NCBI GenBank assembly: GCA_963827235.1
Contig: CAWHAE010000008.1
Span: 288,001 to 352,000 of the forward strand
Length of the DNA: 64,000 nt
From: an uncultured bacterium
GTDB taxonomy: Bacteria > Chloroflexota > UBA5177 > JANWHV01
Reading direction: 5' to 3'
The translations under genes and the position numbers were made by a program. Under the pieces are notes generated by a model, which was given only the letters and a program-made list of their open reading frames with translations, did no database searches and had not been told where the DNA came from. Shown one piece after another: positions 41,388 to 51,963 of this stretch. Every line of letters begins with the position of its first letter. Position 1 is the stretch's first letter.

Positions 41388-41777
41388 ACCTCGAGTATAC
41401 CTGCCGGTAGCCGGATGTCCGATAGCTCGCGACGGCCACGCGTCTGAGCCTGTCGCGAACACACGGCGGTTATGAGCGGCTACGGGCCAGAGAAACGGGT
41501 TCGCCTCGCGGTGACGAATGTGCGCCTCACGCGGGCCGTGCGCGGAGGTGGTGCCCCGGGTGAATCAGTGCGCATTCCGCCTTAAGCCGGCCCGCCCCAG
41601 TCCTTGACGTTGCCCTACAGGCACCGTTCAGCCGCACGCTGCCGTCTCCATCATGCCGTGCCGCCCTACGGTTGCCGGCAGACCGGTCGATGCCTTGTCG
41701 CACCCCGCCGGGGAGCCGGTACGATGGTCTGTGGGCACAGTCACTGTCGCGTGTCACCGCATGAAGGGAGAAATGCC

Positions 41778-42230
41778 ATGCCTCTGCCTGAGAGCAAGGA
41801 AGCGATATTGGCCCTGGCAACTGACGGGTACAAGTCTCTCGATGCCCTAATGGTGACAATCGATGACAACCGGCTCGAGCAGCCGGGCTTATCGGGCGGC
41901 TGGAGCGCCAAGGACGTGCTGCTGCATCTGGCGTTCTGGCATTCTCACCTGCTGCGCATCCTTGACGACGAGGCGCCGCCCTTCGCGCTGCCGGGCGAGG
42001 ACGAAGAGACGGCGCTGAACCGCATCAATGACGAGGCATACAGGCAGTACCATGACGTGAACGCGTCGGAGGCGCGCCGCATCTACGCCGATTCGCGTGA
42101 CCGCGTGCTGGCGGATCTGCGGTCGCAGCCGGAGGACATGCTGTTACGGCATCTCGACGCCATCCGCTGGAATACCTGGGAGCACTGCGCGGAGCACGAA
42201 GCCGGGATCAGGATATGGCTGGCCGGCTGA
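41778..42230 (+). CDS. DinB/ClbS/DfsB four-helix-bundle family protein
   Basis: WSAKDVLLHLAFW, NTWEHCAEH. Confidence 0.8.
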   Translation: MPLPESKEAILALATDGYKSLDALMVTIDDNRLEQPGLSGGWSAKDVLLHLAFWHSHLLRILDDEAPPFALPGEDEETALNRINDEAYRQYHDVNASEARRIYADSRDRVLADLRSQPEDMLLRHLDAIRWNTWEHCAEHEAGIRIWLAG

Positions 42231-42321
42231 ACATGACGGACACACACGGGCTCAAGGTCGGGGCGTAGGTCTCCGGATGCGGCCGATCGACACAGATCGC
42301 CTGGGGAAGCAGCCGAAACGA

Positions 42322-42358
42322 CCACTCCCCTACCCGGACATCCCGGGTAGGGGAGTGG
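42322..42358. terminator. Strong hairpin between convergent genes
   Basis: Perfect 16-bp stem ccactcccctacccgg / ccgggtaggggagtgg with 5-nt loop. Confidence 0.7.
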
Positions 42359-42379
42359 CACAGGGCTGGAGACTCGCAA

Positions 42380-42877
42380 TCAGGCGGCAGGCTCGCTCTG
42401 GATCAGGTATCCACCGGCAGCTATGGCGATGGAGACGATCAGGCCGATGTACGCGCCGATTGACGGTCCCGCGCTTACACCAGGACCGGTGGCGCTTGGC
42501 CCGTCGGTGACCATGAATAGGATGGTGCACACGAGGGCGATCACGCCGGCACCCATGAGCAAGCGGGCCTCGGTGAAGTTGGGCGGTAGCGACGCCAGTA
42601 TACCTTTCACCTGCACGCCCAACATCGGCAGCAGGACCCACGCGCCAGAGACGATGAACAGCAGTACGGCGAGGTAGCCCCAGCCGTGCCATCCGCTGTC
42701 GGAGCCACTGGCGGAGTAGACGCCGGCGGAAACGCTCACGGTGTACCAGTGTAGAAAGCTATCGATGAGCCCAACGACCCCGGCGATGAGGATTATCTTG
42801 CGGCCCATGCTCAGGGCGTTGAACATCTGTTGCGCTTGCTGGAGCTGCGGATTGGGACTGCTTGGATTACTGCTCAT
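42380..42877 (-). CDS. Four-TM hypothetical membrane protein
   Basis: RBS GGAGGAG; SFLHWY..., GWHGWG, four hydrophobic segments. Confidence 0.75.
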   Translation of the reverse strand: MSSNPSSPNPQLQQAQQMFNALSMGRKIILIAGVVGLIDSFLHWYTVSVSAGVYSASGSDSGWHGWGYLAVLLFIVSGAWVLLPMLGVQVKGILASLPPNFTEARLLMGAGVIALVCTILFMVTDGPSATGPGVSAGPSIGAYIGLIVSIAIAAGGYLIQSEPAA

Positions 42878-42921
42878 GCTCTCCTCCGTTGTCCTGTCCA
42901 CTCTTAGCGGCGTTACTACAG

Positions 42922-43314
42922 TTACAGTGCGTGCCCGCAATGCCCGCAGTACTGCATCCCTTCCGGCACATCCTTGCCGCAATTGGGGCATGGGCGTTCG
43001 ACCGAGGTGACGCGCACTTCAGGTGTCTTGTCTCCGATCCGTATCTCCGCTAGCTCCTCCTCCAGGGTTTTCACCTGCGCCTGCAGATCGTCGATCTTTT
43101 GGCGAGTCTCGTCGAGGCTTTCGTCCTGGAGCGCTCCCGTGCCGATCAGGCCGTACGCGAGTCGGCCCAGCTCCGCGAACGCCTTGTCTAGGTCGTGCCG
43201 CTTCCCTCCCAGCTCATTGCTCACTCGCGTGAGCTTGATGGTCTTGTCCGCCTCGGACACAACCCGCGAAACGCTCTGACCGACGGTCGTACGCGCCTTC
43301 TCCAAGAACCCCAT
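42922..43314 (-). CDS. Coiled-coil protein with C-terminal zinc ribbon
   Basis: RBS AGGAGG; MGFLEKAR..., ELGRLAY, CPNCG...YCGHCG. Confidence 0.8.
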   Translation of the reverse strand: MGFLEKARTTVGQSVSRVVSEADKTIKLTRVSNELGGKRHDLDKAFAELGRLAYGLIGTGALQDESLDETRQKIDDLQAQVKTLEEELAEIRIGDKTPEVRVTSVERPCPNCGKDVPEGMQYCGHCGHAL

Positions 43315-43556
43315 GAAGACTCCTCCTGAAGTAGGGATCGTCACGATTATAGTACAGCGGCGGAAATACGCAACCTTTCCCAGGGAAACGAGGGCGCCGC
43401 GCCAGCCGGTCCGGCGCGGCTGGCCGCCGTCCTCCGGCCCGCGGTCGCCTCCATCACGTTTCGCTGGTTCTATTCTGCCAGAAGTTCATTGCATATTCTT
43501 TCCTCTTTACGTATACTCATACACAAGCGGGTGTGACCCCCGGATGGAAGGACACG

Positions 43557-43991
43557 ATGACGGCCCTACAGTTCAGCGCCGAGCTTAAGGTAAGACTTTC
43601 GGACGATGCACGGGGCATCGATTTCGACCAGCTTCGCGCCCTGCAATCGGAAACGAGCTGGGCGCGGGACCGCGCGCTCTTCGATCTGCAGCGTGCAGTG
43701 GCAGCAAGCGATCTCGTGATCACGGCGTGGTACGGCTCCACTCTCGTCGGCTGTGTTCGCGTTCTCAGTGATTTTGTGTACAGGGCTGTGCTCTGCGACG
43801 TGATCGTGCATCCGGCCTACCGAAGGCGAGGTATTGGTCGCATGCTGGTAGAGGAAGTGACCTCACATCCTCGCTTGGCGCGGGTGCAGAAGTTCACTCT
43901 GCTGACCACCACGGCGCGCCAGTTCTACGAGCGCCTCGGCTGGAAGCGGTATCCCGGCGAAGGTATGGTCCTGGAAAAGGATCATCAGTGA
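43557..43991 (+). CDS. GNAT family N-acetyltransferase
   Basis: LVGCVRVLSD, DVIVHPAYRRRGIG, FYERLGW. Confidence 0.88.
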   Translation: MTALQFSAELKVRLSDDARGIDFDQLRALQSETSWARDRALFDLQRAVAASDLVITAWYGSTLVGCVRVLSDFVYRAVLCDVIVHPAYRRRGIGRMLVEEVTSHPRLARVQKFTLLTTTARQFYERLGWKRYPGEGMVLEKDHQ

Positions 43992-44079
43992 GCCGTCGCT
44001 ACAGCGGCCGGGAGCAGTCGCGCGCGGCTGGAGGGTGTGGGTCATGGGCAGTGGACTAGCCCTGAATGAAGCAGGCGGT

Positions 44080-45531
44080 ATGGAGCATACGTCGCCGACT
44101 GTGGACCAGCTCGGCAACAAGCAGTGGGGCGGCCGATTTGCCGCTCCAACTGATCCCCTGGTGGAGCGTTTCAGCGGCTCGGTCGCCGTGGACGGTCGTC
44201 TGATCCTGCAGGACATTGCCGGCAGCATTGCTCACGCACGCATGCTCGGCCGCCAGGGTATTCTGAGCACACAGGAAGCCAGGGCTATCGAGCACGGCCT
44301 GCGCGCAGTGCAGGCAGAGTATGAGGCCGGCGATCTCATTCTCGACGACGATCTGGAAGACGTGCATACGGTCGTGGAGGTGGCGCTGCGGAAGCATGTC
44401 GCCGAACTGGCCGGCAAGCTCCATACCGCGCGCAGCCGGAACGATCAGGTGGCCCTCGATCTGCGGTTGTACACCAGAGAGGCCTGCGTCGACGCGATAG
44501 AGGGCATCGCCGAGTTGCAGTCTGCCTTTGTCGTTCAGGGGCGTGCCTGCTTCGGTCTGGTCATGCCCGGCTACACGCACCTGCAGCGGGCTCAGCCCAT
44601 CCTCGTCTCGCATCATCTGCTCGCCTATGTGGAGATGCTGCAGCGCGACGTGCAGCGCTTCGCGGCCTGTTTCTCGCGCGCCGATGTGCTCCCTCTTGGC
44701 TCGGGCGCCCTGGCAGGCGTTCCCTACCCAATCGACAGGCTCTGGCTGGCCGGCGAGCTCGGCATGGCGTCGGTCGCTCAGAACAGCATTGACGCGGTGG
44801 CGGACCGCGACTTTGCCATCGAGTTCTGCAGTGCGGCAGCGATGACCATGATGCACCTCTCGCGCTTTGCCGAGGAGGTGGTCCTCTGGTGCTCGGCCGA
44901 GTTCGGTTACTGGGATCTGGACGACAGCTTTGCCACCGGCAGCTCGATCATGCCGCAGAAAAAGAACCCCGACGTCGCGGAGCTGATCCGCGGCAAGACC
45001 GGTAGGGTGTACGGCGATCTCCAGGCTTTGCTCACTCTGATGAAAGGGTTGCCGCTCGCCTATAATCGCGACATGCAGGAGGACAAGCCACCCCTGTTCG
45101 ATGCCGTCGACACGCTGTCTGCCTGCCTGGAGGCGAGCGCCGGACTGGTGCGGGCCGTGCGGCCGAACGCCAGTGCCATGGCGGCAGCAGCAGGCAATCT
45201 TGTATGCGCTACGGACGTGGCGGACTACCTGGTCGGCAAGGGGATACCGTTCCGCGAGGCGCATGCCATGACGGGGGCGTTGGTGCGAGTGTGCCTTGCC
45301 ACTGGAACGGCATTGCAGGATCTCGACCTGGCGAGCTACCGGCGAGTTTGCCCCTTGATCGACGTCTCCATCTACGATCGGATCAGCCCGCAGGCGTCCG
45401 TGGCAGCACGCGCCGCCCTGGGAGGGACTGCGCCGTCGGGTGTCAAGGCGCAGCTCGACCGAGCGTCTACGCTGGTCTGGCAGAATCGTACCCTGGCGCG
45501 CGACCTGGGGAACAAGGACCCCTTGGCCTAG
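44080..45531 (+). CDS. argH: Argininosuccinate lyase
   Basis: WGGRF, LHTARSRNDQ, MPGYTHLQRAQP, GSSIMPQKKNPD, AYNRDMQEDK. Confidence 0.97.
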   Translation: MEHTSPTVDQLGNKQWGGRFAAPTDPLVERFSGSVAVDGRLILQDIAGSIAHARMLGRQGILSTQEARAIEHGLRAVQAEYEAGDLILDDDLEDVHTVVEVALRKHVAELAGKLHTARSRNDQVALDLRLYTREACVDAIEGIAELQSAFVVQGRACFGLVMPGYTHLQRAQPILVSHHLLAYVEMLQRDVQRFAACFSRADVLPLGSGALAGVPYPIDRLWLAGELGMASVAQNSIDAVADRDFAIEFCSAAAMTMMHLSRFAEEVVLWCSAEFGYWDLDDSFATGSSIMPQKKNPDVAELIRGKTGRVYGDLQALLTLMKGLPLAYNRDMQEDKPPLFDAVDTLSACLEASAGLVRAVRPNASAMAAAAGNLVCATDVADYLVGKGIPFREAHAMTGALVRVCLATGTALQDLDLASYRRVCPLIDVSIYDRISPQASVAARAALGGTAPSGVKAQLDRASTLVWQNRTLARDLGNKDPLA

Positions 45532-45612
45532 GTACTTTTTGACGGCCGCCCACGTTTACTGCGATCCGGCGTAGATCGATCGTGTACTATTCGCGGCGTG
45601 GAGGTGCACTAG

Positions 45613-46881
45613 ATGCCACGTCGGAATCTCGTTGTTGTCGGCGCCGCCCTGGCTGCCGTCGTCATTATCGCAGTGATCATCGTACTCGCCCGTAGTCATT
45701 CTCAGAAGAGCTCCACTCCGACCCCCGTTCCGACCTGCACGCCGACCCATCAGGTGGCCGCCTCAAGAACACCGACGATGACGCGCTCGTCGATAGCCAC
45801 GCCGACCTGCACGCCCACGACACGCGGCACGGCGACGCCCAGCCGGACGTTGTCGCCCACGACCACGCTATCGCCCACGGCAACCGTGCCTCCGACGGCA
45901 ACGCCTCACCCCGCGTTCGTGGCCGGGCCATTGAACGGAGAGCGTGTGTCGTGGGCCGTCGCCCATCGCCGGCCCGTGGCGGTCATGGTGGAGAACATCA
46001 ACCCAGACGCGCGGCCGCAGACGGGCCTGAGTTCGGCGAGCATCGTCTTCGAGACCGTCGCGGAGGGTGGCATCACGCGTTTCATGTCCGTGTATCTCGA
46101 GAACATTCCGCCAATCGTCGGGCCTGTTCGCAGCACGCGCGTGTACTACGACGCCTGGGCGAACGGCATGCATGCGGTGCTGGTGCATGACGGGGGAAAC
46201 GACGACGCACTGGCCGAGCTCTTCACGCTGCATAACATCGCGGACGTCAATGAGGTAAAGTGGGAGGACGCCAACTACAACCCCACCGTGCCCTTCTTTG
46301 CACGCTCACCCCTGAGGGTCATTCCCCACAATATGTACACCTATCCGCCGAAGGTTCTGGCCTATGAGAAGACGCAGCACGTGCAGCTATCCGGCAATTT
46401 CCCAACCTCGCTGGCTCACCATGTTCCCGACAACATCGCACACAGACCTACCGGAGGCACGCTCGACCTGGCCTTCGACTCGAGCGTGAGCGGCTCCGAC
46501 CCCGGTTACAACGTCGAGTATCAGTATGACCACGCTACCGATCGCTATCTGCGTTTCATGGGCGGCTCGCCGCACATAGAGCCTTCCAGCGGCCACCAGC
46601 TTGCGCCCAGCAACGTGGTTGTGCTCTTGGCCGGCGTGTCGCCCGATCCCAAGGCTGGCGCGAACCCGGGGGCCGTGTACGTGCAGTCGACAGGCAAGAA
46701 CCTGGCCTATCTGTTCAGGGACGGCAAGGAGTTCAAGGGCACATGGCACAAGGCGCACGGCGGCAGCCCACTGCTGCTTCTCGACGACCATAAGCGGCCG
46801 TTCACGTTCAATCCGGGCCAGACGTGGATAGAAGTAGTGCCTTCGACGGCCGGAAACATGACCTGGAAGCCCGGCCGCTGA
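45613..46881 (+). CDS. DUF3048 (YerB-like) surface protein with Thr/Pro-rich linker
   Basis: N-terminal TM, TPT repeats, RRPVAVMVEN, ARPQTGL, EGGITRF, GPVRSTR, PHNMY, PGQTWIEVVP. Confidence 0.85.
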   Translation: MPRRNLVVVGAALAAVVIIAVIIVLARSHSQKSSTPTPVPTCTPTHQVAASRTPTMTRSSIATPTCTPTTRGTATPSRTLSPTTTLSPTATVPPTATPHPAFVAGPLNGERVSWAVAHRRPVAVMVENINPDARPQTGLSSASIVFETVAEGGITRFMSVYLENIPPIVGPVRSTRVYYDAWANGMHAVLVHDGGNDDALAELFTLHNIADVNEVKWEDANYNPTVPFFARSPLRVIPHNMYTYPPKVLAYEKTQHVQLSGNFPTSLAHHVPDNIAHRPTGGTLDLAFDSSVSGSDPGYNVEYQYDHATDRYLRFMGGSPHIEPSSGHQLAPSNVVVLLAGVSPDPKAGANPGAVYVQSTGKNLAYLFRDGKEFKGTWHKAHGGSPLLLLDDHKRPFTFNPGQTWIEVVPSTAGNMTWKPGR

Positions 46882-47154
46882 GCGCACGGGCGCGCATTGG
46901 CGCGTGGCGCATGGGGGCGGTATATTACAGCCAATTCGGCCCGTTCCGGTACGGAGGGCGCTGCTGGAAAGCGGCCGGGGGCTGCCGACTGCATTGCAGG
47001 GTCAGGAGGGGTTTGGGCACGAGGAATGCGGTGGCGGTTCGCCGCCTGTTCGCCGCCGAGTGTTAGCCCTGGTCGACGCCTGCCAACTCCCCGGGACACC
47101 GGTCGCACGCCGGCGCCTACTCGCTTGGTCCGTGGTTTGTGGTGGAGGTTACTA

Positions 47155-49209
47155 GTGAAAGTCTATCCGTCTGAGCAGATTCGCAATGTTGCCCTGCTCT
47201 CTCACTCGGGAGCAGGGAAGACAAGTCTGACCGAAGCCATGCTGTTTGATACGGGTGCGATTCAGCGTTTCGGCCGTGTCGACGACGGCACCACGACGAG
47301 CGACTTTGATCCTGATGAGATCAAGCGACACATCTCACTGTCCACAAGCCTGATCCCGTGCGAGTGGCGCGGCATCAAGATCAACGTCATGGATACGCCG
47401 GGCTATGCGGACTTCGTGGGAGAGGTGTGCCAGGCCTTGGTCGTAGCCGACAGTGCAATGCTCGTGGCATCCGCCGCGGCCGGCCTGGAAGTGGGCACCG
47501 AGCAGGAATGGAAAATGGTGCGGGAGCGCAATCTTCCCACCGCTTTGGTGGTCAATAAGCTGGATCGCGAGAACTCGGACTTCTTCAAGGTCGTGGATCA
47601 GGTGAAGTCGCGGCTCAAGGTCCATGCCGTGGCCGTGCAAATCCCGATCGGCACCGCGCTGGAGTTCAAGGGTGTTGTCGATCTCCTGACGAACAAGGCC
47701 TACCTGTTCGACAACGGCAAGGCGGTTGAGACCGAGCCGCCCGCGGAGATGGCCGAGGATATCGCGTTTCACCGCGACCAGCTTTGCGAGGCCGTGGCCG
47801 AACTCAGTCCATCGTTGACGGACAAATATCTCGAGGGCGAGCCGCTTACCGACAAGGAGCTCAACGACGGGCTTCACGAAGCCGTGTGCTCCGGGAGTCT
47901 CATGCCGATGCTGTGCACGTCCGCGCTGGCCAACGTCGGTATCACCACGCTCCTCGACTTCATGGTCGACGTCTTGCCCAGCCCGTCGCAGGTACCGGCA
48001 CGGGCGATGGACGGCAAACAGCTGAATGGATCGCCGGCCGCTCTCGTGTTCAAGACCGTGGCGGATCCCTTTGGCAAGCTCAGCTATTTCCGGATCTTCA
48101 GCGGCGACCTCAAGTCCGACGCCCATCTCTTCAACGTGACTCGCGGCCACGAAGAACGCATCTCGCATCTCCTGGTCGTGCGCGGCAAGAACCACGAGGT
48201 CGTCTCCGAGCTTTACTGCGGTGATATCGGCGCCGCGCTGAAGCTTCAAGACACCGAGACAGGGAACACGCTGGCTACCCGAGAGAAGCCGGTGGAGCTT
48301 CCGACTATCGAGTATCCCGAGGCGTCGTATTCGGCGTCCATCGAGCCCAAGACGCGGGCCGACCTGGACAAGCTGGGGGCGGCCGTGGCGCGCCTGATCC
48401 AGGAGGATCCTACCTTGCGCTGGCACAGGGACGCCGAAACCGCGCAGACGATTCTTTCGGGCATGGGCGAGAGCCACCTGCAGGTGGCGGTAGACCGGCT
48501 GTCGCGCAAATTCGGCGTCGAGGTGACTCTCGGCGAGCCCAAGATTCCCTACCGGGAGACGATCACTGCCAGTGCCAAGGCCCAGGGCCGACACAAGCGG
48601 CAATCCGGTGGGCACGGCCAGTTCGGCGACTGCCATCTGGAGCTCGAACCGCTACCCCGGGGTGGGGGGTACGAGTTCGTGGACAAGATCGTGGGTGGTG
48701 CGGTTCCGCGCCAGTTCATTCCCGCAGTGGACAAGGGCGTGCAGGAGTCGCTGCACGAAGGCGCGCTGACCGGAAACCCGGTCGTGGACGTGCGAGTCAC
48801 TCTGTTTGACGGCTCCTTCCACACGGTCGACTCCTCCGAGCAGGCCTTCAAGACCGCTGCTTCCATCGGTTTTCGCGCGGCCTTCGAGAAGGCGCACCCG
48901 GTCCTGCTGGAGCCCGTGATGGACGTGGTCGTCATGGTACCCAACGAGTTCATGGGCGACGTGGTGGGAGATCTGAATTCGCATCGCGCGCGTATTCTCG
49001 GTATGGACCCGGTCTCCGATGGTATGACGGAAGTGAGGGCCAACGTGCCGATGGCGGAGATGTTTCGCTACGCGACGACGCTGCGCTCGCTGACTCAAGG
49101 GCGGGCAAGCTATACCATGCACCTGCTCGGTTACGAGGAGGCACCGGCGCACATCACGCAGCAGGTCTCGGCCGAGTACCACAAGTCACGTGAGCAGAAG
49201 GAGCACTGA
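47155..49209 (+). CDS. Elongation factor G paralogue (EF-G2 type)
   Basis: SHSGAGKT, RHISL in place of RGITI, DTPGYADF, NKLD, GMGESHL, RQSGGHGQFG, GSFHTVDSS, LRSLTQGR; outside the str operon. Confidence 0.9.
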   Translation: MKVYPSEQIRNVALLSHSGAGKTSLTEAMLFDTGAIQRFGRVDDGTTTSDFDPDEIKRHISLSTSLIPCEWRGIKINVMDTPGYADFVGEVCQALVVADSAMLVASAAAGLEVGTEQEWKMVRERNLPTALVVNKLDRENSDFFKVVDQVKSRLKVHAVAVQIPIGTALEFKGVVDLLTNKAYLFDNGKAVETEPPAEMAEDIAFHRDQLCEAVAELSPSLTDKYLEGEPLTDKELNDGLHEAVCSGSLMPMLCTSALANVGITTLLDFMVDVLPSPSQVPARAMDGKQLNGSPAALVFKTVADPFGKLSYFRIFSGDLKSDAHLFNVTRGHEERISHLLVVRGKNHEVVSELYCGDIGAALKLQDTETGNTLATREKPVELPTIEYPEASYSASIEPKTRADLDKLGAAVARLIQEDPTLRWHRDAETAQTILSGMGESHLQVAVDRLSRKFGVEVTLGEPKIPYRETITASAKAQGRHKRQSGGHGQFGDCHLELEPLPRGGGYEFVDKIVGGAVPRQFIPAVDKGVQESLHEGALTGNPVVDVRVTLFDGSFHTVDSSEQAFKTAASIGFRAAFEKAHPVLLEPVMDVVVMVPNEFMGDVVGDLNSHRARILGMDPVSDGMTEVRANVPMAEMFRYATTLRSLTQGRASYTMHLLGYEEAPAHITQQVSAEYHKSREQKEH

Positions 49210-49239
49210 TAGCGGTTCCGGATGCGGCGCCGCCCTGCC

Positions 49240-50340
49240 ATGGTAAACTCGACGACGACTCGACGCCCGAGCAAGGGCAGGGCGAGCCGGTGGGAACGTG
49301 TCTTCACCGGTCTCACTATCTTTCTGCTGCTGATTGGAATTGCCGGAGTGGTGCTTTGGCGCCTGCCCAGCAAGTACGAGATTCTCATGCCCGCGACCGC
49401 GCAATCGGTCAACTCCATGATCTCGGTGCAGGGGCATCCGTTGCGGGCCGGCAGAGGCGATCTGCTGATGACCTTCGTGTCCGAGCCCGACTCGAACATG
49501 CTGGAAGAGCTGCTGGCTCACTTCGATCCGGATGCTTCTCTCGAACCGCTGCCAGCACAGTACAACGCCTCGCAGGACGTTCAGCAGAACAAGCAGCTGA
49601 TGCTCAGCAGCGAGCAGACTGCCGAGCTGGTGGCGCTCTGCGAGGTAGGCTACAAAGACCTGTGCTCTGGCGGTATGGAAATCCAGGCCATGGAAACCTA
49701 CAGCAAAGCTGCGGGCGTGCTGAAGGTTGGCGACATCATCGTGGCCGTGAACGGGCACGCGACAGTCACGGCAGACGAGCTTCGTGCTGCGATCTCACCA
49801 CTCAAGCCGGGGGCAGTAGCGGCTTTCAAGATCGTGAGGAACGGCAAGACGTTGACCGTTCAGGTGCGAACTGTGCGGTCTCCCACGGCTCCGCACGGCA
49901 CGGTCGTGGGCTTCGCCTTCGCGCCGGCACCGCCGCTGCAGTTTCCTTCCAAGCTGCCGGTCGACGTCAAGATCGATCCGGGCAATATTGGCGGCCCTTC
50001 GGCAGGAATGATGTTCACGCTTGGCGTCATCAACCGTCTCTCGTCTTCTGACCTGACGCATGGTGTGAGAATTGCCGGCACGGGCACGATCAGCCTGGAT
50101 GGCAGCGTGGGCGCCATAGGCGGCATCAAACAGAAGGTGCTCGGCGCTCAATGGGCCGGAGCGCGCTACTTCCTGGTGCCGTGCGATGGCGGCAACTACA
50201 CGGACGCCACGAAGACGGTCGGTCACAAGATGACCCTGATACCGGTGAATGATCTGGCGGACGCGCTGAGCTTTTTGCACGCGCTCGGGCCCGGTGGCTT
50301 GAGCCCGAAATACAAGGACGTCAGCTGCCCCGCTTCATAG
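49240..50340 (+). CDS. YlbL-like membrane-anchored PDZ + Lon-type (S16) protease
   Basis: TM anchor, LKVGDIIVAVNG (PDZ), IGGPSAGMMF (catalytic Ser), GTGTI, IGGIKQK (catalytic Lys). Confidence 0.88.
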   Translation: MVNSTTTRRPSKGRASRWERVFTGLTIFLLLIGIAGVVLWRLPSKYEILMPATAQSVNSMISVQGHPLRAGRGDLLMTFVSEPDSNMLEELLAHFDPDASLEPLPAQYNASQDVQQNKQLMLSSEQTAELVALCEVGYKDLCSGGMEIQAMETYSKAAGVLKVGDIIVAVNGHATVTADELRAAISPLKPGAVAAFKIVRNGKTLTVQVRTVRSPTAPHGTVVGFAFAPAPPLQFPSKLPVDVKIDPGNIGGPSAGMMFTLGVINRLSSSDLTHGVRIAGTGTISLDGSVGAIGGIKQKVLGAQWAGARYFLVPCDGGNYTDATKTVGHKMTLIPVNDLADALSFLHALGPGGLSPKYKDVSCPAS

Positions 50341-50435
50341 CGCTGTGCCCTTGCCGTCCCGTGTGTCGCGTCAATTGGCGGATCACGTCTGCATGGCGAT
50401 CACCGCCGGGGTGACTCGCGCCAGAGAGGGTTTGG

Positions 50436-51665
50436 TCACTCGGGCAACGGGCCAGCATGGCCGGGATCTGGCAGAGGTTCGGAGATCAGCCGTGCAACCG
50501 CGATGCTCACGAGGCCAAACACGGCCGCGGTCACGACGAAAATCGACCGGATGCCGAACAGGGTGGCGCAGCCGCTGCCCCCTAGCTGACCGATCGCCTG
50601 TCCGGCCGCATTGACGCCGGCACTCAGCCCCATCACCGCGCCAAGCTGATCGCGCGGCGTGCTCAAGCTGAGCATAGCGCTGGCAGTGGCCAGCATGACT
50701 CCCATGGAGAGGCCAGTCAACCCACGCAGCAGGTAGAGCTGGTCGATCGAGCTCACGCTGTGCTGGGGAACGTAGATGATGGCTGTCGCCACCGTCGAGA
50801 TCATAAGCCACGTCTTGAAACGGCCCCGCCGGTCGGTGATACGACCGGTCATCACGGCAGACACGGCGCTACAGATGCCGGCGATGGCGAACACGTTCCC
50901 GGAGAGTGCGGCGGCGTCGCTCGCGTTGGCGCCCAGTGATTCCACAAAGACCGGGAGAATAGGCCCAACGATCTGGCCTCCGAACTGCACCACGCAGAGA
51001 ACGAGGATGAGCATGGCCGTCTGCCTGTTGGAGATGATCTGGCGCGCTCCCGCCCAGAAACCCAGGCGCTTGCTCGTCCCACCAGAGGCGTCGTGCTCGA
51101 AGCTCTCGTCGACGTAGAGCCACGTGAGAACTGTTGCCACGGCGAGCAGGGCGCCGGCGACGAAGAACGTCGGCTCGAACCCGAAGCGGTCTACTAGCTG
51201 GCCGCCCGCCAGAGGTCCGATCGAGGAGCCGGTGAACACCGCCATCTGCATGAGACCCATGGAGAAGCCAAGCTTCTCACGCGGAACCGCACCGGCAACC
51301 AGCGCCTGCGAAGCCGCCACACTGCCAGTGAGCACGCCCTGCAGGATGCGAATGACCAGCACCTCGACGGGATTCCGTGCCAGCAGCATCAGCAACGCCA
51401 GCCCAGCGCCGCATCCCATCGCGCGCAGCACCATGGGCTTGCGACCGAAGCGGTCGGCCACGGTACCCCAGATCGGGGCGGACACGGCCATAGCCACGGT
51501 CGTGCTGCCGAAGAGAAAGCCCGACCAGATCAGAATCGCGCTCTGGTCGTGCACACCCAGATGCTGGATATACAAAGGAAGGAATGGGTAGACGAAGCTG
51601 AAGCCCATCTGGGCCAGGATCTGGGTGAACCAGCTCACCCAGAGCGTACGCTCCCACCTATGCAT
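50436..51665 (-). CDS. MFS transporter (MdtG/DHA1-like)
   Basis: PFLPLYI, PIWGTVADRFGRKPM, RILQG, GPLAGG; 12 hydrophobic segments. Confidence 0.9.
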   Translation of the reverse strand: MHRWERTLWVSWFTQILAQMGFSFVYPFLPLYIQHLGVHDQSAILIWSGFLFGSTTVAMAVSAPIWGTVADRFGRKPMVLRAMGCGAGLALLMLLARNPVEVLVIRILQGVLTGSVAASQALVAGAVPREKLGFSMGLMQMAVFTGSSIGPLAGGQLVDRFGFEPTFFVAGALLAVATVLTWLYVDESFEHDASGGTSKRLGFWAGARQIISNRQTAMLILVLCVVQFGGQIVGPILPVFVESLGANASDAAALSGNVFAIAGICSAVSAVMTGRITDRRGRFKTWLMISTVATAIIYVPQHSVSSIDQLYLLRGLTGLSMGVMLATASAMLSLSTPRDQLGAVMGLSAGVNAAGQAIGQLGGSGCATLFGIRSIFVVTAAVFGLVSIAVARLISEPLPDPGHAGPLPE

Positions 51666-51963
51666 GATGGTGACATTGTACGACCTCTGACGGCCGCTTG
51701 GGCCTGCCCGCGCCTTCAGCAGCCTCAACGGCAGGTAACGGCGAAGTGATGAGCCAGATTTTGGCCGCGAATACGCCGGGAACGCCACGGCGAGCGGCGG
51801 GCTGGTGCCTCGAGCGTCTCACCCATGTCGTGCCGGCCGATGGAGTGGACAAGCCGCTAGCCTCCACAGAGAGGCACATCACCGCTCTGTCTGCACGATT
51901 CACGATCAGCTTAATGCCGCCGTCGCGCAGGACGGCGACGAGGCAGGCGGATGATGACCGCAC

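Noticed and set aside
41400-41770. Cobalamin riboswitch upstream of the CbiX-like gene
   Set aside because: No B12-box or GGGAA/ACTG core motifs found by eye on either strand.
45700-45910. acgccgacc-type tandem DNA repeats
   Set aside because: Explained by the Thr/Pro-rich protein linker of the DUF3048 gene.
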